A DNA stretch of 64,000 nt, from IMG/VR virus record IMGVR_UViG_2866807700_000004, positions 5,121-69,120 of that record, one strand, 5' to 3'. This document shows, piece after piece, positions 48,557 through 58,158 of the stretch. This DNA comes from a virus. How positions within the stretch are numbered: position 1 is the first letter of the stretch; each line of letters starts with the position of its first letter. A model generated the notes under the pieces. The model made no database searches. It was not told where the DNA came from and saw only the letters and a program-made list of their open reading frames with translations. A program made the translations under genes and the position numbers.

Positions 48557-48829
48557 GTGGCTGCAGTGAGTGCGCTGCCGCCACCGATCTCGGTCACCGA
48601 CCACTACCTGGCCGCGATCCACGACCGGCTGGGCGAGATCTGCGACCGGCTCCCCGCCAAGGCGGAACAGCCGGCCGAGGGGCAGCCGGTGGAACTGCGC
48701 GAGCCCGCGCCACCACCGGCCACCCCGCCCCGCCCGCTCACCGAGCCGGCTCGTCCGGCCCGCAAACCACCAGCCCGCAAGGCGGCGGCACGGACGCCGC
48801 CGCGCACCCGAACCAGGAAGGGCACCTGA
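48557..48829 (+). CDS. small head-associated hypothetical protein
   Basis: 'PPPISVTDHYLAAIHDRL' followed by a P/A/K-rich tail; directly after the capsid gene. Confidence 0.55.
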   Translation: MAAVSALPPPISVTDHYLAAIHDRLGEICDRLPAKAEQPAEGQPVELREPAPPPATPPRPLTEPARPARKPPARKAAARTPPRTRTRKGT

Positions 48830-48830
48830 C

Positions 48831-49100
48831 ATGGGCCTTACCGCCAAGGGCGAATCGGGCGGCCTCGCCACCCTCGACGCCGACGGCCACGTCCCCGCCG
48901 AGCAGCTCGGCGACGCGGGCGGCTTCTCGCAGGGCGCCGCTGTCAGCGATGTCGCCGCGCTCACCTCCTCCGCAGCGTCAGGCGGGGAGGCGCCCACCGA
49001 GGCCGAGTACAACGCGCTGCGAACCGACGTCGCCGCGATCCGGACGACGGTCAACGCTCTCCTGGCGTCGCTGCGCGCCGCCGGGCAGATCGACACCTGA
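48831..49100 (+). CDS. head fibre-like protein
   Basis: 'QGAAVSDVA...PTEAEYNALRTD...NALLASLRAAG.I' trimeric fibre-like pattern. Confidence 0.65.
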   Translation: MGLTAKGESGGLATLDADGHVPAEQLGDAGGFSQGAAVSDVAALTSSAASGGEAPTEAEYNALRTDVAAIRTTVNALLASLRAAGQIDT

Positions 49101-49116
49101 TCGGAAGGGGCAGGCG

Positions 49117-49513
49117 TTGGCCATCGACTACACCAGCGACCTCGGCCGGGTACGCCTGCTGATCCCCGACACCACCGAGGACGCGTTCCTGCTCACCGAC
49201 GAGCAGATCGACACGTTCCTCGCCCTGGCGCGGCACCGGCACACCGCTGATCAAGCGGGCCGCCGCGAGCGCACTGGAGACCATCGCCTCCTCCGAAGCG
49301 CTCGTCAGCAAGAAGCTGCGCGACAAGGACCTGCAGACCGACGGCCCGGCCGTCGCCAAGGAACTCCGCGACCGCGCAGCGAAGCTGCGTGACGAGGCCG
49401 ACCAGGACGAGGACAACGACCTCGCCGACGGCGGTGGCCTGGACATCGTCGATTTCGTCGACCCGTTCACCCGCCGCTGGGGGCCCGAGGCCACCGAGCC
49501 GGAGGCATACTGA
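49117..49513 (+). CDS. head-to-tail adaptor, frameshifted near 49230
   Basis: 'GRVRLLIPD..LLTDEQIDTFL' then, in another frame, 'IKRAAASALETIASSEALVSK..DLQTDG.AVAKELR.RA..LR'. Confidence 0.75.
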
Positions 49514-50214
49514 TGCCGCTGCCCACGACCCGGGTGTTCCCGCCGGACTGGTCGCAGCACCACCGGCCCACCGCGACCGACACCATGACCGGGCAGTGCA
49601 CCATCACCCGCGGCGGCACGCAGATCTACGCCGGCGCGTGCCGGGTCATCGCCGACGGCTCCAACGAGGTCGCGATGATCGGCGATCAGAAACTCCTGGT
49701 CGTCCGGTACCTGGTCACGGTCCGGTACGACACCAACACCGTTGAGCCCGGCGACGTCGTCACTGTCACCGCTGCCGTCGACGGCGGCCTGGTGGGCCGC
49801 GAGCTGATCGTCAAGCAGGTCCGGTACGGCACCCAGCAGTGGGAGCGGGACCTGTACGCCGACGACGAAGGCGCCGGCCTGCCCGTCCTGTCCGACGAGG
49901 TCACCATCGTCCGCGCCCCGCTCGTCACCGGGTACGGCAACAGCCTCGTCTACGACTGGGACAACGCCGCCCGCACCACCGTCGCAGCCGGGCTGCAGCC
50001 GGGAACCTCGACGGAGGAGACCGGCGCCCGCGACAAGGTCACGAGCTTCTACACCTGCTTCGTCCCCGCCGGCACCGACGTGCGCGTGACCGACCGCATC
50101 GAGTGGGACGCCCGCGCGTGGGAGATCGACGGCGAGCCCCGCGCGTGGCCTCAGCCCGAAACCGGGACCGGCCACCACATCGAACTCCGGCTCCGCATCG
50201 ACCTGGGCGGCTGA
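49513..50214 (+). CDS. head closure/stopper protein with two tandem stopper-like domains
   Basis: The first half is DUF6093-like (W..HHRPTA...TG.CTI); the second half 'VTIVRAP..D/GYGN..YDW...LQP...D.R.TDRIEW..WEIDGEP' is a separate stopper type. Confidence 0.7.
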   Translation: MPLPTTRVFPPDWSQHHRPTATDTMTGQCTITRGGTQIYAGACRVIADGSNEVAMIGDQKLLVVRYLVTVRYDTNTVEPGDVVTVTAAVDGGLVGRELIVKQVRYGTQQWERDLYADDEGAGLPVLSDEVTIVRAPLVTGYGNSLVYDWDNAARTTVAAGLQPGTSTEETGARDKVTSFYTCFVPAGTDVRVTDRIEWDARAWEIDGEPRAWPQPETGTGHHIELRLRIDLGG

Positions 50215-50255
50215 CCACCAGCACAGCCCCGCACTCTGGAGAAAGGTGGGCCACC

Positions 50256-50597
50256 GTGGCACGCACAGCCCTGACGCCGCAGCCGTTCGTGACCGCCGGG
50301 CTCGTCCCGACGCCGGTCACCCCGGACGCCGAGGGCGTCTCGTTCCGCAACAACGGCAAGATGATCCTCAAGGTGATCAACGGGTCCGTATCCGAGATCA
50401 CCGTCACCCCGAAGATCGCCAAGACCGTCGAGGGAGTCACACCAACGTCCCCGGGCCGCACCGTCGCCGCCGGCGCGACGAAGTACCTCGGCCCGTTCGA
50501 CGAGGAGAACTACCGGCAGCTCGCCTCGACCGCGGTGATGTACGTGGACTTCTCCGCTGTCGCCGACGTCGAAGTTGCGCTGCTCCAGCACCCGTAG
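50256..50597 (+). CDS. virion-associated hypothetical protein
   Basis: GAAAGG RBS; beta-rich product ('FRNNGK..L.V.NG'). Confidence 0.7.
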   Translation: MARTALTPQPFVTAGLVPTPVTPDAEGVSFRNNGKMILKVINGSVSEITVTPKIAKTVEGVTPTSPGRTVAAGATKYLGPFDEENYRQLASTAVMYVDFSAVADVEVALLQHP

Positions 50598-50605
50598 AGG
50601 GGGCC

Positions 50606-51025
50606 GTGGTGGCGGTCTGGACGTTCAACCACACGGAGCTCGAGCGGCTCGTCGTGCACCCGAAAGTGCAGGCCGACCTGGACCGTCGCGCCGAAGCCGG
50701 ACGCGCCGCCGCCGACGCGGTGTGCCCGCGCAGCGAGGATGGCCGCAACGGCAACCCGGCCGGACACCTGGCCTCCACCGTCCGCGTCGAGAAACGCGGC
50801 CCGGCCCGGCGGATCCTGTACGGCAACGACACCACCGCCTGGTACGCGCCCCTGATCGAGTGGGGCACCCGCCCGCACATCATCCTGCCCCGCAACGGCC
50901 GGTACCTGCGGTGGGTCGACCCGGGCACCGGCCGGGTCATCTACGCCCGGATGGTCCGCCACCCCGGCACCCCCGCCTACCGCGTGATGTCCGGCGCCGC
51001 GCTGCAGGCCGCCCGCAACGGATAG
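50606..51025 (+). CDS. HK97 gp10-like neck/tail completion protein
   Basis: 'G.LASTV...YAPLIEWGTRPH.I.P...V.HPGT'. Confidence 0.8.
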   Translation: MVAVWTFNHTELERLVVHPKVQADLDRRAEAGRAAADAVCPRSEDGRNGNPAGHLASTVRVEKRGPARRILYGNDTTAWYAPLIEWGTRPHIILPRNGRYLRWVDPGTGRVIYARMVRHPGTPAYRVMSGAALQAARNG

Positions 51026-51039
51026 AAGGAGAGACCCGC

Positions 51040-51447
51040 GTGAAACTTCACGTCACCGCCTGGCCCCGCATCAACGGCCAGAAGCACCAGCCCGGCGACG
51101 AGGTCGACGTCGACGACCTGGCGCTGGCGCGGATGCTGATCCGTGAGGGGCAGGCCCGCGAAGCCGGGACCCCGGAGCCGCTCGCCGGCGGGCCCGCCGC
51201 GTCGCAGAGGGCCGCGCAGGTCGACGCGGGGCTCGCCGGTGAGCCCACCCAGCCCGCAGGCGACGGCGCAGCAGGTGCCGACGGCGCAGATGCCGGCGCG
51301 GCGGGGGAGGAGGGGCCGTCGGCCAAGCCCGGCCGCGGCGCCTCCCACGCCGACTGGGTCGCCTACGCGACCGGGCAGGGCATGGAAGCCGACGCCGCAG
51401 AGAAGATGAGCCGCGCCCAGCTCAGCGCCCACTTCGCCGGCTCCTGA
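51040..51447 (+). CDS. hypothetical protein
   Basis: GAAGGAG RBS; C-terminal 'KP...ASHADWVAYA...AEKMSRAQL'. Confidence 0.65.
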   Translation: MKLHVTAWPRINGQKHQPGDEVDVDDLALARMLIREGQAREAGTPEPLAGGPAASQRAAQVDAGLAGEPTQPAGDGAAGADGADAGAAGEEGPSAKPGRGASHADWVAYATGQGMEADAAEKMSRAQLSAHFAGS

Positions 51448-51476
51448 CCGAGGAGTAGCACGGGAGGGGAGCCGCC

Positions 51477-51896
51477 GTGCCGCAGCAGGAGTTCCCCGAC
51501 GTCGAGCCGATCATCGTCGCCTACCAGCTCGACCTGGTCCCGTCAGTGCATTCCTGCCTGGAGCTGCCGCCCGTCGCCGAGTTCAACTCCCGGCTGCCCG
51601 TAGCGCAGTACACCCGCATCGGCGGGAACGCGACCCGCCGCACCTGGGCCGACGGCTACCTCACCGACCGGGCCCGTATAGACGTCGACGTGTACGGCGG
51701 CTCCCGCCAGCAGGCCAACCTCGCGGTGAAGGAACTGCGCGCCGCGCTGCTCGGCATCGGCGGGACCGTCCGCGACGGCGCCGGGTTCAGCGACCCCGAA
51801 GAGGTCGCCGGGCCGGGCCGCCGCCCCGACGCGAGCCAGAACATCACCCGGATCGGGTTCACCGTCGCCGTGACGGTCCGGTCCATCGGCCCCTGA
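51477..51896 (+). CDS. tail terminator protein
   Basis: 'FPDVE...LP....RIGG...D.ARIDVDVYG' in the expected position before the major tail gene. Confidence 0.8.
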   Translation: MPQQEFPDVEPIIVAYQLDLVPSVHSCLELPPVAEFNSRLPVAQYTRIGGNATRRTWADGYLTDRARIDVDVYGGSRQQANLAVKELRAALLGIGGTVRDGAGFSDPEEVAGPGRRPDASQNITRIGFTVAVTVRSIGP

Positions 51897-51980
51897 CGGC
51901 CGCCCCGTAAGACCCGCGAATCCTGAGACCCGCCCTGGTCGGCGGGCGTTTCCGCATGCCCGCAAGAAGGGGGATTTGCT

Positions 51981-52559
51981 GTGGCCAACACCGACAACAT
52001 CACCGTCGGCGCGAAGGGGTTCGCGTACTTCGGGGAGGTCGGCGTGACCGCGCCGACCGACATCGCGACGGCGTGGGGCACCGGCTGGGAGGACGGCGGG
52101 ATCATCCTGGACGACGGTCTCACCGAGGCCCTCAACGAGGACGAGACCACCTTCATGGGGTGGGGCTACAACGGCCCGGTCCGCATCGAACCGAAGTCCC
52201 GGACGATCACCTTCAAGCTGACGCTGACCGAGACCACGGCCCGGGCGCTCAGCCTCTACTACTCGGTGCCGATCGCCGACATGGCCACCGTAGGCGCCGG
52301 CGCCGACATCGGCGTGCAGTTCGACGACCCGGAGACCGCGCAGGCGATCTACGTGGCGCTCGGCCTCGACGTCATCGACGAGCAGACCGGCCGCCAGTTC
52401 CGCTACGTCGTCCCCAGGGCGAAGGTCTCCGACCGCGACAACATCGAGGACAAGGCCGACTCGCTGCACCAGTACGGCCTGACCATGACCGCGATGGTCC
52501 CCACGACCGGCGGCACCCCGGTGAAGCGGTTCGTGTCGAAGGTTCCGCTGCCCACCTGA
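51981..52559 (+). CDS. major tail protein
   Basis: 'APTD...W..GW...G.I.DDG.TE...W...VR' actinophage tail-tube pattern. Confidence 0.85.
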   Translation: MANTDNITVGAKGFAYFGEVGVTAPTDIATAWGTGWEDGGIILDDGLTEALNEDETTFMGWGYNGPVRIEPKSRTITFKLTLTETTARALSLYYSVPIADMATVGAGADIGVQFDDPETAQAIYVALGLDVIDEQTGRQFRYVVPRAKVSDRDNIEDKADSLHQYGLTMTAMVPTTGGTPVKRFVSKVPLPT

Positions 52560-52649
52560 TGAGCCGGCGGCCGGGGAGTTCCTTCGCGGGTCTTCGCCCC
52601 GGCCGCCACCTTCCTCCAAGGCCCGCGATGAAGATCCGCGAGGAGCAGC

Positions 52650-52985
52650 ATGGGCAAGCCGAACAGCAAGCGGTTCCGTCTGTCGCAGATGCGCCAGCAG
52701 CGCGCCAGAGCACTCGGCGGCGAGTACGTCGAGATCGAGGACGACGACGGCAACGTCCTGGTCCAGATTCCGCGCATGGCGTTCTGGGACGCCGAAACCT
52801 ACGAGGACGTCGTCGAGACCGGCGTCGCGGTGAGGGACCTGGCGACCCTCGAACGGATCATGGAACCGGCCGAGTTCGCCAAACTGAAGGCGCTCAAGCT
52901 GCAGCTCGGCGACATGCGCGACCTCCTCCTAGAAGTCATGAAGGACGTCAAGCGCCCGGAATCGCAGGGCTCCTCCACGCCGTAG
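52650..52985 (+). CDS. tail assembly chaperone (gpG-like)
   Basis: Short acidic ORF between the major tail and tape measure genes. Confidence 0.8.
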   Translation: MGKPNSKRFRLSQMRQQRARALGGEYVEIEDDDGNVLVQIPRMAFWDAETYEDVVETGVAVRDLATLERIMEPAEFAKLKALKLQLGDMRDLLLEVMKDVKRPESQGSSTP

Positions 52986-53416
52986 AGGAGCACCCGTCAA
53001 AGCTGCACGCCGACTTCGCGCACTACTTCCCCGGCCAGAAAGACCCCCTCATTGGGTGGCGAGCCGGGAAAGTGCCGCTCATCGAACTCGCCTCGTACTA
53101 CGGGTGGCTGCCGGAGGAATCGGCGACCAAGGCCGCCCAGGCCGGCGACGAGAAGGGCCGCCGCTGGTCCGAACGGGAATGGATGCAGGCCGCGCAGATC
53201 ACCTACCTGCAGACGGTGATCCAGGTCCTGTGGGTCGGGCTGCGTTTGAAGGGCCGCCCGCCTAAGACCGCGCCCGTGCGGGCCCCCGTCTACGCGCGCC
53301 CCGAACCCACTCCTGAGGAGCAGGCCAAACAGGCCGCGCACCTCGCGCGGGTCGCGGCGCTCCGCAAGTACAGCCCGTCCCATCAGCAGCCCCCGGCGGA
53401 CGACCCACCGCCCTGA
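52955..53416 (+). CDS. tail assembly chaperone extension (gpGT) reached by -1 frameshift
   Basis: The -1 frame is open across the gpG stop with no own start; candidate slip site C-CCG-GAA at 52955-52961. Confidence 0.7.
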   Translation, partial: PGIAGLLHAVEEHPSKLHADFAHYFPGQKDPLIGWRAGKVPLIELASYYGWLPEESATKAAQAGDEKGRRWSEREWMQAAQITYLQTVIQVLWVGLRLKGRPPKTAPVRAPVYARPEPTPEEQAKQAAHLARVAALRKYSPSHQQPPADDPPP

Positions 53417-53436
53417 CGAACCGCCCGGGGGGTGCC

Positions 53437-56400
53437 GTGGCCGAGCAGGACGGCGGCTCCGTCGGCATCGACGTCGTTCCGCGGATCAGCGCGGCGGCGT
53501 GGGGGCAGGAGATCCAGCGGCGCCTGGACCCGACGGTGAACCGGGCCGGGCGGGCCCTCGGCCGCACACTCGCCGACGGCATGAAGTCGGGGTTCGCGCC
53601 CCGCCGCCTCGAGGAGGCGATGCGGGACGCGACGCCCCGCCTGGAGGTCGCCGCGGGCAGGCTCGGGCGGCGGCTCGGCGCGCAGATCGCCCGGTCGGTC
53701 AAGGCCGAGCTTGAGCTGAAGCTCCGGAACCTCCCCGAGGCGAACATCCGCGCCCGGGTCACCATCGACCCGGCGTCGCTGGCGCGGGTCCGGCAGGAAC
53801 TCGGAAGCCTCGGCCCGTTCAATGTCACCCTCAACGTCGACGCCGACACGGCCGCGGCGCGCGCCGAGATCGCCCGGCTGCAGGCCCAGGTGCGGCTGCT
53901 GTCGCAGTCCAGCGTCAACATCAATGTCACCGCCAACACCTCCCGCGCCAGCCGCAACCTGGTCATCCTCGGCGCGCAGATGGCCGCGCTGGCCTCGATC
54001 CCGCTCGGCGCCGTCCTCGCGGCGGGGATCGGGTCGATCGCGGCATCGGCGACCGCGGCCGCGGCTGGGATCGGCGGGATCCTCGCCGTCGCGATCCCCG
54101 GCGTCCGGCGGGTGTCCGAAGCGCTGCAGGCGCAGAAGACCGCCGACAACCAGGTCGCGGCCTCCACCCGCGGCCGCACCACCGCGCTGAACGCCGGCAC
54201 CATCGCCACGCTCCAGGCGCGGCAGCAGGCCACGCAGATGGCGCAGGCCGAAAGGCAGGTCACCCAGGCGCAGCAGGCCGCGCGGCAGGCGCAGCGGGAC
54301 CTGAACCAGGCCCGCGTCGACGGGGCCCGCGCGCTGCAGGACATGCAGAACAACCTGATCGGCGCCGGCCTGTCGCTGCGCGCCGATGAGATCGCCGTCC
54401 AGCGCGCCAAGCAGGCCCTGAACCAGCTGACCTCCGCCCGCCAGGACTCCCTGGCGGTGCAGAAAGCACAAGCCGACCTCGCCCGGGCCAACACCGGTCT
54501 CCAGCTCGTCCTCGGGGACCCCAACGCCACCCAGCTGGCCAAGAACCAGGCGAAGCTGGCCGCCGACGCGGCAGCCGCCGCGCTCAAACAGGCCCGCGAG
54601 TCGCAGACCGCGCACGAACTGGACCGCAAGGAGGCGCAGCTCGCCTACGAGCAGGCCGTCCACCAGCTCAAACAGCAGCGAATCCTCGTCGCTCGGCTCA
54701 CCGCCGATGAGGCCAAGGCCCGGAAGGCCGGTGTCGAAGGCACCCAGGACGTTGTCGCCGCCAAGCAGCGGTTGCGGGACGCCCTCGAGCAGGTCGCCGA
54801 CGCGCAACGCAACGTCCGGCAGCAGCAGATCCAGGACCGGATCGCGGCGCTGCAGCAAGCCGACGCGCAGCGGCAGGCCGCGGACGCCGCCGACGGCGCG
54901 ACCGCCGCGAACGTGCGGCTCGGCCGCGCCATGGCCGCCCTCACCCCGGCCGAGAAAGAACTGCTCAACAACTGGAAGGCATTCTCCGATGTGTACCGGG
55001 ACTGGGTCAAAGACCTGGAGCCGGACGTGCTGCCGGTCTTGTCCGGCGGCCTCGGCCTGGTCGCCACACAACTCGACCGGGTCAAGCCGCTCGTCCGGTC
55101 CTCGGCCGCCGCGTTCCGGATCCTGGAAGCGCGGGCGGCGGTCGCGCTCGACGGCCCGTTCTGGACGAACTTCATCAACAACGTCGGGATCGCCGCGCCG
55201 GAGGCGATCCAGCGGTTCGGCGGGATCGCCGGGAACACCCTCACCGGCGTCGCCGGCGTCATCAACGCCTTCCTGCCGTTCACGAACCTGCTCCTGGGGT
55301 CGGTGGAGGACCTCACCCAAGAGTTCGAGGAGTGGGGCACCAGCCTCGGCGGCAGCGAGGGATTCATCTCCTTCATCCAGTACGTGCAGCAGGTCGGCCC
55401 GCAGGTCGTATCCACGGTCGGGGCGCTCGGCGGCGCGCTCCTGGACGTCGGGCAAGCCCTCGCCCCCCTCGCCGCGATCCATCTCGGCGCCCTCACCATC
55501 CTCGCCAACACCATCTCGAAGATCGCCAACGAGTACCCGACCCTGATCCAGTTCGCCGCGGCGGCGCTCCTGGTGTCCAAGGCCATCCGGGTCCTGGCGA
55601 TCTCGTCCCTCGTCGCCGGTTTCACCGGTACCGCCGCAGCCGCGGGCGTGGCCGGTGGGGCGATGCTGCGGTTCGGCGTCATCCTCCGCGGGCTCGGCGC
55701 GGTGATGATGGGCGTATCGGCGCAGGCCGCCACCACCCGCGTGGCGCTGCTCGGCCTCAGCCGCGCCGCCGGGATCCTGCTGGCGTTCTACGCCGCCACC
55801 GAGGCCATCAACCACTTCGCCGGATCCGCCAAAGACGCCAAGCCGAGCAGCGACCAGCTGAAGCAGGCCCTCATCGACCTCGGCCGCACCGGGCAGACGT
55901 CGACTCCGCTGCTGAAGCAGTTCTCCGACGGGCTCGGCGACATGAACGAGCAGGCCCGCATCCTCACCGACCCCACCAAGTCGGAGCAGACCGCCCAGTT
56001 CTTCTCCGGGCTGATCAACGGGCTGTACGGCGCGAACGGCATCGCCGGGCAGGCCAAAGAGAACTTCAAGGGCATCGACACCGCCCTGGTCCAGCTCACC
56101 CAGTCCGGGAACGCCGACGTCGCCAAGGCCGCCTTCGACCGGCTGTCAGCCTCGCTGCAGGCAAACGGCCGCGGCGTCGAAGAGGTCAACGCGCTGTTCC
56201 CGACGTACACGCGGCAGCTCTACAACGGGGGCGGCGCCGCGAACGCCTTCACCGCTCAGATCCATCGGCAGAACCAGGCCCTGGCCGCCAACGCACAGAG
56301 GTTCATCAACTCCGAGCAGCAGATCATCGACTTCAACCAGGCGCTGCTCGCCGGCAGCGACGCCCTCAACCGCAACGGGCGGGCGTTCTGGGGCAACAGC

Positions 56401-58149
56401 CGCGCAGCGACTGACAACCGGCAGCAAGTCCTGAACGCCGCGCGGGTCCTGCAGAACTACACCAACGACCTGGTGAAGAACAACCAGGTCACCGACGGCA
56501 ACCTGAAGCGGCTCCGGGGGCAGCGCGAACAGCTCATCGACCTGGCGACCAAGTTCACCGGCAGCCGCAAGGCCGCAGAGAAGTACGTCGACCAACTGGT
56601 GAAGATCCCCAAGTCGGCGAAGACCAACGTGTCGGTGAACGCCAAGGGCAAGTTCTCCATGAAGGGCCTGGACGTCTTCGCCAAGGACCCCATCCTCGGC
56701 GACATCTTCAACGCCGGCGGCGGCTACATCCACGGCGGCGGAGGCCCCCGCGACGACAGGTACCTCACCCACATCTCCGCCGGCGAGATGGTCATCAACG
56801 CCCCGGCCACCAGCCGGTACCTGCCGCTGCTGACCGCGATCAACGACGAGGGCAACGCCGGGACCATCTACAAGGGGCGCGGCTACACCTCCGGGCCCAC
56901 CCTGCCCGCGCCAACACCGGCGGCGGGCTCGGACGGTGCGTTCGCCGGCGGTGGCCTGCCCAGCCTGCGGCCGCGCGGGCAGGAGGCGCTGCCCGCGTTC
57001 GCAGGCGGCGGGCTCCTCAAGCCGTCGTTCAGCGACACCTACCACCACCAGGGCGACCCGCCGCCCACCATCACCAAGGCCCGGCAGGGCAACGCGCAAG
57101 GGTTCGCGGGGATGATGGCCTACTCCACCGGGCAGGCCGCGATCGGCGCGACGTTCCTCACCGCGCTGCTCACCGGCGGGTACGGCAAGGGCGCCAAGGC
57201 CGTCAGGTTCGCGCAGGCCCAGCTCGGCGAACCGTACGTGTGGGGCGCGACCGGCCCCAACTCCTGGGACTGCTCCGGCCTCACCATGCGCGCCTGGGAG
57301 GCCGCCGGGGTGAAGATCCCACGCGTCACCTACGACCAGATCGCCTACGGCACCCCGACGTCCCGGGCCAAGGCGATGCCGGGCGACCTGTACTTCCCGC
57401 ACCGCGGCCACGTGATGATGGTCACCGGCATGGGCGGGTCCCGCGCCCTGGTCCACGCCCCGCGCACCGGCGACGTCGTCCGGTACGCGGGCTGGCGGAC
57501 CGGCGGCAACTTCCGGCACATCGCCGGCGGCGGCGGATCCTGGTACGGCGGCGGCACCCCGAAGGGGTTCGCCAAGGCGCAGCTGGGAGACCTGGGCTGG
57601 TCCGCGGCGCAGTTCGCGCCGCTGAACCGGCTGTGGGAACGCGAGTCGAACTGGAAGTGGAACGCCCGCAACAAGAGCAGCGGCGCGTACGGCATCCCGC
57701 AGGCGCTCCCGCCCGGCAAGATGGCCAGCTTCGGCAGCGACTGGCGGACGAACTGGGCCACCCAGATCCGCTGGGGCCTGGACTACATCAAACGCCGGTA
57801 CGGGTCCCCGGCACGCGCATGGGCGCACTCGCAGCGAACCGGCTGGTACGCCGACGGCACCGACCACGCCCGCCGCGGCTGGGCGTGGGTCGGGGAACGC
57901 GGCCCGGAACTGGTGAACTTCCGCGGCGGCGAGGCGGTGTACCCGCACGAGGAATCCCTGCGGATGGCCGCCACCGCGGCGGCCGGGCCGCTGGAGCTGG
58001 CCGACCCGCTCCCGGCCGCCGGCGGCGACGAGTACCACGCCCACTTCGACGGGATCACCGCCGCCGTCCTGTCCCGCGAGGTCCGGGTCGCGTTCAAGGG
58101 CATGCAGATGGCTCAGGCGCAGAGCCTCCGCATCGGCCGACGGGGATAG
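53437..58149 (+). CDS. tape measure protein with C-terminal NlpC/P60 and lytic transglycosylase domains
   Basis: 1570-aa Ala-rich helical ORF; 'PYVWGATGP.SWDCSGL...H' (NlpC/P60); 'LWERESNW..NARN.SSGAYGIPQALP...QIRWGLDYI..RYG' (SLT). Confidence 0.93.
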   Translation: MAEQDGGSVGIDVVPRISAAAWGQEIQRRLDPTVNRAGRALGRTLADGMKSGFAPRRLEEAMRDATPRLEVAAGRLGRRLGAQIARSVKAELELKLRNLPEANIRARVTIDPASLARVRQELGSLGPFNVTLNVDADTAAARAEIARLQAQVRLLSQSSVNINVTANTSRASRNLVILGAQMAALASIPLGAVLAAGIGSIAASATAAAAGIGGILAVAIPGVRRVSEALQAQKTADNQVAASTRGRTTALNAGTIATLQARQQATQMAQAERQVTQAQQAARQAQRDLNQARVDGARALQDMQNNLIGAGLSLRADEIAVQRAKQALNQLTSARQDSLAVQKAQADLARANTGLQLVLGDPNATQLAKNQAKLAADAAAAALKQARESQTAHELDRKEAQLAYEQAVHQLKQQRILVARLTADEAKARKAGVEGTQDVVAAKQRLRDALEQVADAQRNVRQQQIQDRIAALQQADAQRQAADAADGATAANVRLGRAMAALTPAEKELLNNWKAFSDVYRDWVKDLEPDVLPVLSGGLGLVATQLDRVKPLVRSSAAAFRILEARAAVALDGPFWTNFINNVGIAAPEAIQRFGGIAGNTLTGVAGVINAFLPFTNLLLGSVEDLTQEFEEWGTSLGGSEGFISFIQYVQQVGPQVVSTVGALGGALLDVGQALAPLAAIHLGALTILANTISKIANEYPTLIQFAAAALLVSKAIRVLAISSLVAGFTGTAAAAGVAGGAMLRFGVILRGLGAVMMGVSAQAATTRVALLGLSRAAGILLAFYAATEAINHFAGSAKDAKPSSDQLKQALIDLGRTGQTSTPLLKQFSDGLGDMNEQARILTDPTKSEQTAQFFSGLINGLYGANGIAGQAKENFKGIDTALVQLTQSGNADVAKAAFDRLSASLQANGRGVEEVNALFPTYTRQLYNGGGAANAFTAQIHRQNQALAANAQRFINSEQQIIDFNQALLAGSDALNRNGRAFWGNSRAATDNRQQVLNAARVLQNYTNDLVKNNQVTDGNLKRLRGQREQLIDLATKFTGSRKAAEKYVDQLVKIPKSAKTNVSVNAKGKFSMKGLDVFAKDPILGDIFNAGGGYIHGGGGPRDDRYLTHISAGEMVINAPATSRYLPLLTAINDEGNAGTIYKGRGYTSGPTLPAPTPAAGSDGAFAGGGLPSLRPRGQEALPAFAGGGLLKPSFSDTYHHQGDPPPTITKARQGNAQGFAGMMAYSTGQAAIGATFLTALLTGGYGKGAKAVRFAQAQLGEPYVWGATGPNSWDCSGLTMRAWEAAGVKIPRVTYDQIAYGTPTSRAKAMPGDLYFPHRGHVMMVTGMGGSRALVHAPRTGDVVRYAGWRTGGNFRHIAGGGGSWYGGGTPKGFAKAQLGDLGWSAAQFAPLNRLWERESNWKWNARNKSSGAYGIPQALPPGKMASFGSDWRTNWATQIRWGLDYIKRRYGSPARAWAHSQRTGWYADGTDHARRGWAWVGERGPELVNFRGGEAVYPHEESLRMAATAAAGPLELADPLPAAGGDEYHAHFDGITAAVLSREVRVAFKGMQMAQAQSLRIGRRG

Positions 58150-58158
58150 GAGGCTCGG

